From an uncultured virus (IMG/VR IMGVR_UViG_3300008110_000081) (lineage: Duplodnaviria > Heunggongvirae > Uroviricota > Caudoviricetes), in the IMG/VR virus record IMGVR_UViG_3300008110_000081: DNA of 64,000 bases; one strand, given 5' to 3'. Shown here in pieces: positions 12,001 through 17,994 of this stretch. Each line of letters opens with the position of its first letter. The first letter of the stretch is position 1. The position numbers were made by a program, and so were the translations under genes. The notes beneath the pieces were generated by a model. That model was not told where the DNA came from. It ran no database searches and worked only from the letters and a program-made list of their open reading frames with translations.

Positions 12001-12539
12001 GTAAAGTTTAAAGCTTCTTCAACTTTTGACTTCATCCAATCATTATCTTTTGGATTCTCATAATTTTTTATATCTACACGGAAAGTCTGGAAGGCCCAAG
12101 TCATAAATCTATTAAAACTCTCTTTGATTTTTGAAGTAGGTCTTTCATCTGTAACTTTTATAGAAGCGGAAGACTTAAGAGTTGAATCATCAATAGCAAC
12201 AGGTTTAGTTGCACCAACAGTTTCTCTTACAGCATCTGTATTGTTCTTAAATTTTTTTATTAATGCCAGGTTATCACTTTCAAGATCTGGATTTTTTGTT
12301 TCAATTTTATCAACTAATTCAGTATCTAAAGCAAGAATTAATTTAACTATTGTTGGTGCCATTGCTGCAGCACTAATAGCTGTAGCTTCATCTTCTGATG
12401 ATTCTTTAACAAACTCATATACTTCTTTTATATATGCGGGTAAATCAATTACCTGATCTTCTTTAGCTTTATCATATAAATCACCAGCTACTAAATCAAA
12501 TAGGGCATCTCTTATTTCTTCTTGTGATAAACAACTCAT
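3..12539 (-). CDS. Giant virion-packaged RNA polymerase polyprotein (>=4179 aa, 3' end outside window): zincin + two-barrel vRNAP + SF1B helicase + start of a P-loop domain
   Basis: ATG at 12539 (MSCLSQEEIRDALFD...). Same frame holds HEAWH (9741-9755), GPRIPTQ..SGGDFDIDK (DFDID 5085-5099), GYAGTGKT (1452-1475), ILIVDEASM, GDPAQL, YAHTIHKSQG, YVAMSRA and ILPIGTSGS at the window edge. Absence from the ORF track fits an ORF with no stop in the window. DFDID is the catalytic motif of crAss-like vRNAPs (phi14:2 gp66 type). Confidence 0.93.
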   Translation of the reverse strand, partial: MSCLSQEEIRDALFDLVAGDLYDKAKEDQVIDLPAYIKEVYEFVKESSEDEATAISAAAMAPTIVKLILALDTELVDKIETKNPDLESDNLALIKKFKNNTDAVRETVGATKPVAIDDSTLKSSASIKVTDERPTSKIKESFNRFMTWAFQTFRVDIKNYENPKDNDWMKSKVEEALNFTVQKKINQALFEQGINDSSEMKLDGVEGGVYLRAMNGDTLRLNYAPLIPKTEKGWTPFLSKYDIYMVLTNEAGVPIQFDPEGTVVKDGQLSYLRAKSKAPMDAKGNYISHEDKEALEKYINKNVNNDPYYSSAISKKTGSEAVKVIAKSIQEQLEMMAKSYNPLYGTKKLTDKENEELKNRATDELKKEYAVLEKMRDYVIANSSNPDKFLLSVMTGTSEGFVPYSPYVTTPLKDINFEQGFQPRVIKEIQSATSNVYQSGVYFDYPNIDEPISINKKPLVQQDDILNSVIDLFTKDLWMTINGVLQPVPIGRREELINQFIVNDLHHVYFMADRKSGTINYEDKDGTINIMVDGTRYPLKFDGSKSGQEAAAAAIRKQLSTGMIVYDENGRYPEDKSINTKPKALKAASALNTQIVYAEYETDENGIKTIKPNDLERVNKPGVYAIQKGTNYDFVGTNGQPEYDYFHANVPSIVIVDKLIEPGYDEISFTQEGDKVILNTKNASYKDFLKNNFTTNAVPYNYNNTDEKGKIEVVNSSVTFSPTAESMIKLAGGEKNSGAVDNQEEIARLRAEEQELLKREIPNIDAYKVDGKVNPFLIPTTEEREKYEKIWEDYDKKISPLLKFAPAEPKAAETKPAEPTIEPLTTKTTASLSPEDILNSLNDMSNESDFERNSRLKLSGARGSKEQLDAAAEWYAKSPLKEHFPFKVVLAALNAQKPGPAARWAVNGITLFRYFNNPDVSGDYTDLYHEAWHGFTQTFLTPEEREAMYEEARKKKGSFTDYNGKRVAFADAKWKQLEEYLAEDFRAYMMSGGKIKDKTSSTKNGIFTRIMNFLKELFSGVNINDVNYSPLGIPKIQAMYENLKLGNLSGYNFNVENRDKTIGALDHAMIASKNDENMPELDFETTNKIMSSVNSIISSYTNTRNLKEDTRVHRQVYSYTTTLMKDKTRALEVYKYIKSIFENEVLSNLNRDLAAAKAKPDNEYEVIALEQDITGIQWAINNFGDLTNLANNKDGKDVIGYHLKTSRLLTEEDRAELLDEVSEVDALIKASEKFDRPGNDVGSYDMAPPEVKYVLSTIHKWEGTKPVMNSFGIQELSDPSIVWNRISRTLKGTMSASEMYEKLQAAAGKDPIIADLLKKLGPVKTHTAAETDLWIKFWTVFNKAEIPLMQMTVFREKDIEGRELDEYSIKIGSNNSVSRIAQTRWTNTFSTVTSDYRKRDPQKANEIYLDVKKVIEQFGVKDRTGKYIFEDAKNSYEFFRAIGIELSDSDELRDIVNKGKGKATRIFDRLNNILNRGTDKIYNLKDIFKEYPAVDKIAALSSETTLTDLANEEVKFADYASNYAVNNAEGNIQFEQSLHNSISIMISAINSSKDYADLISKPFMAHLDIDKNPFAKASVWLNSIYKMDEYKKGSTTEVGVKRDQKSDINLKAAINMSNLSGVSIVSDKRDEGVASASADEFTKLILDFHVSNVIGRPELMRHADKGTSFSLWLSDIITPGSSDNKSYVDTIDFINQPLDNGSQYVPGYGNASRVLKKYIDAEMQRITKLKALKDQKDLIYDAKYLKEGQNFVIFEDVLSPKTRAFLSNYPTLAEAAAVDPDISNDIDREIAKYFDNQSKQVGRMMNSANYISKSLMVKTATDANKANKANVTNKTVKNALIKSFVVNSWIHNIESMAVIYGDIAQYKLEKEEFHKRNAGAGSTGGLIASDPVFIEYVNNKSRLSNIPGRSNTYAEKMKIFGKDGQTKKLASDGSFQSAILEDNNIRSEYFEDIANALIDSEEKKLGSREKAIKKVLGFEVDKEGKETGKLGTIDEPFKNGSVYAFTEMNEGDAQGWITFDFYKATAILEGSWTPAQEKLYNKIINEEPVDYSEVLNFFPTKKYQYWGPVQHKDKDGKAIDGPPLTAFYKFSLFPLIPNVVKGKNLGALHTRMMEKGIDFAMFESGSKISNFTRINADGKADKDKFYSSVDGQDRTVDATGDMVPNTVFLQFLKKQLEIAPYFKGKVTFPTQMRKLIENGLMEAGVPTDYEMHLPVKQREKLWRSLSLEKKLENSQFYRLVKNYEKDLSDLTKLKMKKLEAEASIKRDEDGNVIFNEKLAEFIIKELDRQDLAEHEIGFIKSGTNNTLAHDLSYSLSAEKIEKILNSIVVKRLVKQKFKGEGLIQVSGAGFEDTLRGKLTDEEKAKYGTNGLAFYKRKGGPNGTTSAMKVKIALQGSFENLLYLKDKDGKEIGTIERLNQLLKDESWLDIGDHRKMVSITGPRIPTQENNSMEFAEVYEFLPREAGNIVILPSEIVAKSGGDFDIDKITFMMPNISSGINWASWLEEGSGKREELQKSTTLDLSAENVKRVIDNRKADELSVEDQAVLRILAENSDKNVKFPFDSKTEEGLENRILDDMKNILSLKENYVSLVRPNGTDIVKPLADELSSKVMDYNPKKRLYDAPNSSRIAGTRLFEIPYNMYKHTSNSIGKQTLGLGAVDNTFNTVFNRIGARMNYEYWGSRNVKRRLDLLFNHNTLQDDQGRDVISLSHLMDVNNDNSISSIIGQLINGWVDIAKDAWIFNLQGNKEISPSLLFLVQAGVPLKQAVYFVSQPIIREYVKEMQQAKSTFAGPMGKGTDNPNLFRGEARKVIFKKLGYDASQMAVFNENNEKKQEFLDKRTLELTDKKTGSEIDFFNPDKVEANLKNKIDAYANAVKEQQESSDSEAPLNYNYDVKDEAIFLHFLEVEEMTNSATKFKMALNVDTTKTNNIFQAQNKNEIIKDLQTDGKLPAEIVKLIQEESPIGSFFTQDFQIGLWKNLFKLRNDDDLNKWILNKTRQMGFKDEVDETFGDDERFVNNLRNDWISFLFQNQIRKFDIDKVKDYKGLVIQDTLGVKLAPSIKYGVFVAPDKTGALTVYMDKVKLRQDFAKLSNSTSLETATLLPDGTIIKPADVDAAAFPTPDTYYKFVIERELLRAMYPGKTKWSVLLERADVSRKLKDALESGPTFEGESKQKREARINTEVYEETLRDMALENTYNTWKMFQSRTSMADQFNEIAALYPELRKNYSLMNILTGTIRNDKNNSNRIGNLQLLDSLLDGTKLNLLHQNLKDMSDPTKLRINVKSAQERTRIAEFFNKFGLYAFLQSGLNTSGRFSLTRVVPQEMFTAMMSEYMGDFMKNMNELTFERYYTKFKAINSRAGSTSYRDYTVPEFDMAADKNKVVDNPVGSAKELMFNEKKSRIDNFYLDNAGNKLYHANEFSLNKEDTMQAITMTQAADILESRPTEVIIFNGTDGTTAGQGTKGEAAFDASLSTHSNLIAFPVKKSYEMISGNIPNSALITDISIEEAERMKAEIKQQEKIINNLVSGPKLEVGVYAEYKGDNYIVTKKLDNGTWQLYNPDIGSKLAVSPSNFALLMDKPISLTNRDVKYWVSPLHNNAIISQVSNNKMNWPDENGVKREIMAKVQSQSSNKNADQQNITQPAQNTFKFADGTIIDTPFKLNEQQEKALLSLENFYNKPGEYDNQITLLGYAGTGKTSIITIFDNYLKKKFVKPLYSSPTHRANAVTKMKNPKAAVYTLHKLFGLKGQIKFEDGDYDLRDLNFAAFDKDGKLNKNAKVQKGDILIVDEASMVNDALYDFLEKFKQILNLKIIYMGDPAQLKPVKQKDLSKTFEKGTQLQLTKVERTGDNPILEEATNLRNGKDFNYQTKMIGEQGVEYSDEANFTNRIIGENYTSDEFKDNKLYFRILSATNAVLPGINRRVRELLYGDEADKQLVKGDLLMGNNNFDIDYKTKQPLIINSGDYIVDSIEESVKTLPVGNKTISFNGFQVRLKNVLDPEESAKSVFIVSNNESDEKLKDFMNEIDRLNKQAEDFRNRGQFSASAQLFAEANELQSSLAFMKDLVSDNNKVKVKKTLDYGYAHTIHKSQGGTYNKVLILADTIDSHRDPETRQQLKYVAMSRASEKVYVSTSHELGTPIIRDGLVAPGDVAPTVEPVESKQPQASTSTKPDIILPIGTSGS

Positions 12540-12541
12540 TT

Positions 12542-15500
12542 TTAACTAATTTTACAAGATTTGAATTTATTACTTATATCTTTTTTTCTTTGCTCAGTAG
12601 GTGTTTCAGCACTTTTTTTAGCTCTTGCTAAAGCCTCAGCAGGATCAATTTTATCTTTTAAAGCTTTACCTTCTGATTCAACATCAGCTTTTTCATCTTC
12701 AGTAAGATCTGGAGCTGTTGTTACATCAGCTACAAAGTCACCCACAATGTACTTGATTATATTTTTATAATCATCAGGGTTCACCTTAATTGCGTTTGCC
12801 ATATTGTTAGTTTGTTTGTCTTGAGGGGTTAGCAAATATACAGTATTTCCATCCATTTTCCCAACAATCATATTAGTATATCCGTTATTTAATAACACAA
12901 TTGTGTCAGGAATTAAATCAGTAAATTCTAACTTGTTTGCCAGTTCTACTTTTTTGTTCTGCTCTAGTTTATCAAGTAAAGCAGAGTTAAAGTTCTCACC
13001 GAATACAGAGCTGTAATAGTTCTTCTGACCAATGGTTCCTGTAGCTAAAACCTCACGGGCCTTATCCATAAACTCTTCAAGTTGTTCACCGGATTTAATC
13101 TCATTATAAAGTTCAGATAAGTCATCACCTACAGGTTCATCTATCTGAGGAAGTTCTGCTCTTCTCATACCTAATAAATCCATTAGTTCTGGACTCATTC
13201 CTTCCGTTGTAGCATCAATCTGCTGAGTTATTTTATAAAGCTCTTTAGCACTTACAGCATTTTTAATTATGTTAGACCACTTTTCAAAATGAGGATCTGT
13301 CACAGGAGCAGCAGCTATATCTTCCACAACAACAGCTTTACCTGCTGGTGTGCCTAAGTCAATAATATATTCTTCATTTGTAGCTAAATCTTTTAATACA
13401 ATGATACGTTCTGCTATACCTGTGTCAGGATCTACATTAGCACCCTGGTCTTCAACAACCTCCATATCAACTTTAGTAAGATCAATTGAGGTACCGTCTT
13501 TTCTTTGTACGGTTCCTGTAAAGCTATACCGTTTACCGGCGGACCATTTGTTTGCCGGAGCTGTGGTCTTCTTAGTAGAAGCTGCTGGTGTAGTTGTTGT
13601 AGTTCTAGTTGCAGGTTTACCACCATTGTAGTCATCAATAATTTTACCAGCTCTGTCTGATGTTTGAACATAATCTTCAAACTCTTGAGAGTCTACTAGT
13701 TCATCATCTGTTAATCCTAAAGTACCACCTTTATTTACCTTATAATAGGCGCGGTAATCAGCAGCTAAGTTTTTAAATAATACAGAAGCATCTTTCTGGA
13801 TTATACTAATAGGAGTACTACGAGTTATTGTGGTAGTTGCTGTTCCCCCTATAGCACCTGTAGTAGATGCAGCAGGCCCAGCTATATCAGCTTCTAGCTT
13901 ATTTGTTATCAAATACATTGCTTCATCCAATAAAGATGAATCAACTCTAGGGCCAAATATCTTTGTTAAAAAACGTTTAACCGTGTCAGTAAACTCTTCC
14001 CATATAGATTTCCCTGTAGCGGCGTAAGGAATGTTACTAAGCATAGCCTGGAACGTATCATTAGACAACGCTTCAGCCACAAACTCTTCAGCATTCATTG
14101 AACCGTATAAAGGTTTTGCACCAAATTGTTGTTGAGCTTCAGGTGTTCTTATATAGTTTTTAACTTCCGCTAATAACTTTTCAATATCAGCTTTGAACTT
14201 AGGGTCTGTATTTAAACCTTTTACTGTAACTTGATGTACTAATTCATGCAAGATAACATGCTCAATTGGGTGTCCTTTTTCACCTTGTCTATAATCATCA
14301 GATGAGTAACGTGCATCTACTACAGTCTCATCAGTTGCTCCATTATAAGATCCTGGTGTAGAATGGTTGTTAACAAAAGTGACTTTGGTGTCTGGCTTAA
14401 CCACAGTAAGCATACGTCTAGCTAAAGCTTTCTCTCTTGGTGTAGAATACTTACCATTTATTATTGCTCTTAATACATCATGTGCTGGTACATTTGATTT
14501 GTCAGCTGTAGGATCAAACCCAAATTCTTTAGCATGATCTTCATAAGAGCGCTTATCTCTTTCATATTTTTTTCTAGATGATGCGTTGTACTTACTCATC
14601 TCTCTAGCTTCAGCAGATGTACCAGCTTCTTTAATCTCTTTACCCTTTGTAGTTTTATTAGCTAAGCGGGCATATCTTTCAACAATCTCAAGTAACGTAT
14701 TATATTTTTCTGTACCTGGTTTTATAAGTTCTAGGTTATTGGAGGAAGCGTCATAAAAATCCACAATGTTAAACTCTTTTAGTTTATCAATGTCTTCTGG
14801 ATTAACAAAAGCTTGATTATCAAAAATCTCATTAAGCATGTCATTGTCATCTTTCATTTTTTCAAATGTCTCCAATGCTTCTTTACGCTTCTCAAGTTTT
14901 TGAGCTTGTCTCATTTTTTGAACTTCATACTGAATACCTTTATAGTACTCAAACATATCAGGATTACTCAAAGTGTTTATTGTATTAACAATACGCATTT
15001 TGTCTCTGCCTAAACGCAAGAAGTCTTTAATGTCCACAAAAGCTTCATTCAACTGATCATCAAAGGTGTAACCCTTATTCATCTTAGCTACATTCTTTAT
15101 GTATTTTTGAAATGACCCATGTAATCTGGCTATAGCATTATTTAACTCATCACCTTCTACCTCTAAATATTCAGGACTTACACCAGGAGCATCTTTACTT
15201 ACAGTGTAATTATTTTTGTTAAACTTTTTAAGTTTACCATTTTTATTGATGTACAATTCACCTTTAGCGTCAGTCTCAATTTTAAATTCTTGACCACTGT
15301 ATTTCTCAATAATTGTAGCGCCGGGTAACATTCTAGCTCTTTCTTTTCTGAGCATTCTTTCTTCCTCAGATATATTAGCTTTATGATCTGAGTCTAGATG
15401 TAAAAGATAAGTTTCAACATCTCCTTGCCAAGTTTCTAAAAAATCAAGTTGTTCTTTTAACTCAACAGCTTTAGCTTTCTGTTCAGGTGTGCCAAGCTCC

Positions 15501-17992
15501 ATAGCTGTAATCTGATTTTGTAAACTTGTTTTAGTATCAATAGATTGTATAGGATCTATCAACGCAGTTAAGTCAACAGCTGTAACATTAGCCATAGGAA
15601 TACCACCACGACTAGTGTTTAATATATTTTGATAAGCTGAATCTACACCAGCAAGCTTGTTGGCAATACCAACCATTCTCTCACCAGTTCTATCAAAGTC
15701 TTCTGTAGCAAATAAGATATCAGATACAGCTTGTTCATGAGCCATGTATTTAAAGTATTCATCTTCATAGGCATCAGGATATTTTTTAGGATCAAACATC
15801 CACGGGTTGTGTGGATTAGGATTAATCTTTTTAGCTTTATCATATCTAGCTTGATATGTTTCAGCTCTACTTTTTAAAGTCTGTAACTTTTTTCTAGCAT
15901 CACCTGCTTGAGATTCATCAAGATTATAAGCGTCTGCTAAATCTTTATCTTCAAGACTAAGCATATCATCAACATGATCTGTAATCAGTTTCATGTTTCC
16001 TGTTTTGGCAAGAATCTCAAAGTGATTAATTTGAGTTTCATCACCCATGTCATGAGCTCCTACTTTATCTCCTTCCGCAAGTCTGTTTTTCTTTTCTTGA
16101 TTTGTTAATTTTATAGCTGCAGCAAAAGATGATCTCTCATCTCCAGCTCCATAAGTCAATGCATGTTCAGCAATAGTATTGCCGGCATTCATTACCTCAT
16201 TCTTATTTTTTTCACGTTGTTGTTTTACACGGTCAGCTTCTGTTTCAGAATTCCATTCAGCACCTACCTTACCACCTGTTACACCATAAGCTGCAGCTTT
16301 AGTACCACGCACTCCTAAGTTCTTACTATTTTTTATAGCAGCTCCACCTCCTTGAATAAGAGATCCCATTAAGTAACCTTGAGCAAAAGTGTCAAGACCT
16401 TTTAGTGAAAACTGATCACCAATACCTTTACCTATTTCAGAAAGTACACTTGCATGTACAGCACTAACAGGATCACTGTATATCTTATCATAGTAACTAG
16501 AGTAACCTTGAGTAATAACTTCTTGAGCATTTTCTTGTAAAGCCTCACCAATATTACCAACCATGTACTTACGGCTCCAAGGTAAGTAAGGTGACTTAGT
16601 TAAAAAGTTAGCAACTCTTTGAGCACCTGTTCTTTTTCCTTCTTGTAACAACGCGTTTCCTGCTGTAGCTGCTGTAGCTTTCTTAAAAGCTTTACCTGCA
16701 ACTTTTAAAAATCCTTCTGTGCCTACTTCTGTAAAAGCTTTTGCTAATTGAGCGCCAGGACGTATACCTTCAAATAAATCTTCAAAGGCCAACTTGTTTG
16801 TAAAATAGATTGTTAAATCATTAGCTCCAATAACAGAAGCCTTTAAAGATTGTGCTGTGTCAAATATACGTTTAGCTTCATCACCTTCTGGCATTCTGCC
16901 ATTCTCAGCATAAAACTTATCAATCATATTATCTTGAAACTCACTAGCAGCGCCTTCACCTTCTAGCTTAGCTTCTGAGTGAGCTACATTTAACTCACGC
17001 ATATCTCTATAAAAACTACCAAAGCTTTTACTAATCTTAGCACTAGACTTTAAATTATTAAAACCATGAGTGTTGTTTAGCAAGTGACTGGTTGTCTCCA
17101 TACTACGTTCTAAAGGATTGGCCCATTTAGCAATATCTTTAGTTGTATCCCAAGCTTTTGCGGCAGTAAAAAAGTCTTTAGCTTTATCTACATTCTTAAG
17201 TTCTTTGATAAAATTAGCTGTACCTTTTAAAGCTTTAGCAATTTTGCCAATACCCATAGCGTTTCTAGTTGCTGCTAAATAAGCTACCTCAGGAGTTGCT
17301 GTACCAAATGAAGCTACTTCAACAGCGGCTAATGCGGCATCTTCTACTATTAACTCACCCATGATACCTACAGTGTAAGCACTGTTAATACCAAAGTTTG
17401 TTACCCAACCACCAACACCACCTCTTGTAGATGAACCAATAGCTAAACCTTTCTCCATATTCTCATGAGCTTCTTTTTCATCACCCCATACAGATTTAGC
17501 ACCGCCCCAAGCTAAGCCGGCCCATTGACCTTTCATTCTATTAAAGTCATCCCACCAAGATGAGTTCTCATTATAGTGAGTTTCATTATCACGGTATGGA
17601 GAAAATCCTAATTCTTTAAACTTTGGATGATTATAATATCTATCAAAGTTCATGTTCTTGCTACCAGCACCATAAGAGTAAGTACGTCCATACTTATACT
17701 TATCTTGGGACCAATTAGGATCTTGCATCATATCTCTAAGAGCTAATGCATAATCCATAGTCCCGGCTTTTTTAGCACCAGGGTTAGGACCTGTTTGATA
17801 ACTACCTTGAATATTAAGATTAGCATTTATACTAGGAGGAAGGCCTTGTGGTATAAGTGAATTTACAACAGGCATCTCAGCTCTTAGTATTGCTAAAGGA
17901 TCTGTTGATGAACCTTGCTCAGGTAATCCAGGTGTTATTGGCGCGGATTGTAATACTGGTTCTGTGGGTTGTGGTGTAACTTCTTCTGCCAT
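12542..17992 (-). CDS. Giant ejection/cargo protein with zincin metallopeptidase domain (1816 aa)
   Basis: HVILHELVH (HExxH, 14234-14248) followed by EEFVAE; Gly/Ala-rich hydrophobic N-terminal segments; directly upstream of the vRNAP gene as in crAss-like phages. Confidence 0.8.
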   Translation of the reverse strand: MAEEVTPQPTEPVLQSAPITPGLPEQGSSTDPLAILRAEMPVVNSLIPQGLPPSINANLNIQGSYQTGPNPGAKKAGTMDYALALRDMMQDPNWSQDKYKYGRTYSYGAGSKNMNFDRYYNHPKFKELGFSPYRDNETHYNENSSWWDDFNRMKGQWAGLAWGGAKSVWGDEKEAHENMEKGLAIGSSTRGGVGGWVTNFGINSAYTVGIMGELIVEDAALAAVEVASFGTATPEVAYLAATRNAMGIGKIAKALKGTANFIKELKNVDKAKDFFTAAKAWDTTKDIAKWANPLERSMETTSHLLNNTHGFNNLKSSAKISKSFGSFYRDMRELNVAHSEAKLEGEGAASEFQDNMIDKFYAENGRMPEGDEAKRIFDTAQSLKASVIGANDLTIYFTNKLAFEDLFEGIRPGAQLAKAFTEVGTEGFLKVAGKAFKKATAATAGNALLQEGKRTGAQRVANFLTKSPYLPWSRKYMVGNIGEALQENAQEVITQGYSSYYDKIYSDPVSAVHASVLSEIGKGIGDQFSLKGLDTFAQGYLMGSLIQGGGAAIKNSKNLGVRGTKAAAYGVTGGKVGAEWNSETEADRVKQQREKNKNEVMNAGNTIAEHALTYGAGDERSSFAAAIKLTNQEKKNRLAEGDKVGAHDMGDETQINHFEILAKTGNMKLITDHVDDMLSLEDKDLADAYNLDESQAGDARKKLQTLKSRAETYQARYDKAKKINPNPHNPWMFDPKKYPDAYEDEYFKYMAHEQAVSDILFATEDFDRTGERMVGIANKLAGVDSAYQNILNTSRGGIPMANVTAVDLTALIDPIQSIDTKTSLQNQITAMELGTPEQKAKAVELKEQLDFLETWQGDVETYLLHLDSDHKANISEEERMLRKERARMLPGATIIEKYSGQEFKIETDAKGELYINKNGKLKKFNKNNYTVSKDAPGVSPEYLEVEGDELNNAIARLHGSFQKYIKNVAKMNKGYTFDDQLNEAFVDIKDFLRLGRDKMRIVNTINTLSNPDMFEYYKGIQYEVQKMRQAQKLEKRKEALETFEKMKDDNDMLNEIFDNQAFVNPEDIDKLKEFNIVDFYDASSNNLELIKPGTEKYNTLLEIVERYARLANKTTKGKEIKEAGTSAEAREMSKYNASSRKKYERDKRSYEDHAKEFGFDPTADKSNVPAHDVLRAIINGKYSTPREKALARRMLTVVKPDTKVTFVNNHSTPGSYNGATDETVVDARYSSDDYRQGEKGHPIEHVILHELVHQVTVKGLNTDPKFKADIEKLLAEVKNYIRTPEAQQQFGAKPLYGSMNAEEFVAEALSNDTFQAMLSNIPYAATGKSIWEEFTDTVKRFLTKIFGPRVDSSLLDEAMYLITNKLEADIAGPAASTTGAIGGTATTTITRSTPISIIQKDASVLFKNLAADYRAYYKVNKGGTLGLTDDELVDSQEFEDYVQTSDRAGKIIDDYNGGKPATRTTTTTPAASTKKTTAPANKWSAGKRYSFTGTVQRKDGTSIDLTKVDMEVVEDQGANVDPDTGIAERIIVLKDLATNEEYIIDLGTPAGKAVVVEDIAAAPVTDPHFEKWSNIIKNAVSAKELYKITQQIDATTEGMSPELMDLLGMRRAELPQIDEPVGDDLSELYNEIKSGEQLEEFMDKAREVLATGTIGQKNYYSSVFGENFNSALLDKLEQNKKVELANKLEFTDLIPDTIVLLNNGYTNMIVGKMDGNTVYLLTPQDKQTNNMANAIKVNPDDYKNIIKYIVGDFVADVTTAPDLTEDEKADVESEGKALKDKIDPAEALARAKKSAETPTEQRKKDISNKFKSCKIS

Positions 17993-17994
17993 AA

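Noticed and set aside
1..12540. Apparent 12.5-kb gene desert with only short ORFs in the track
   Set aside because: Artefact: a single minus-strand ORF lacks a stop inside the window; the short ORFs are shadows of it.
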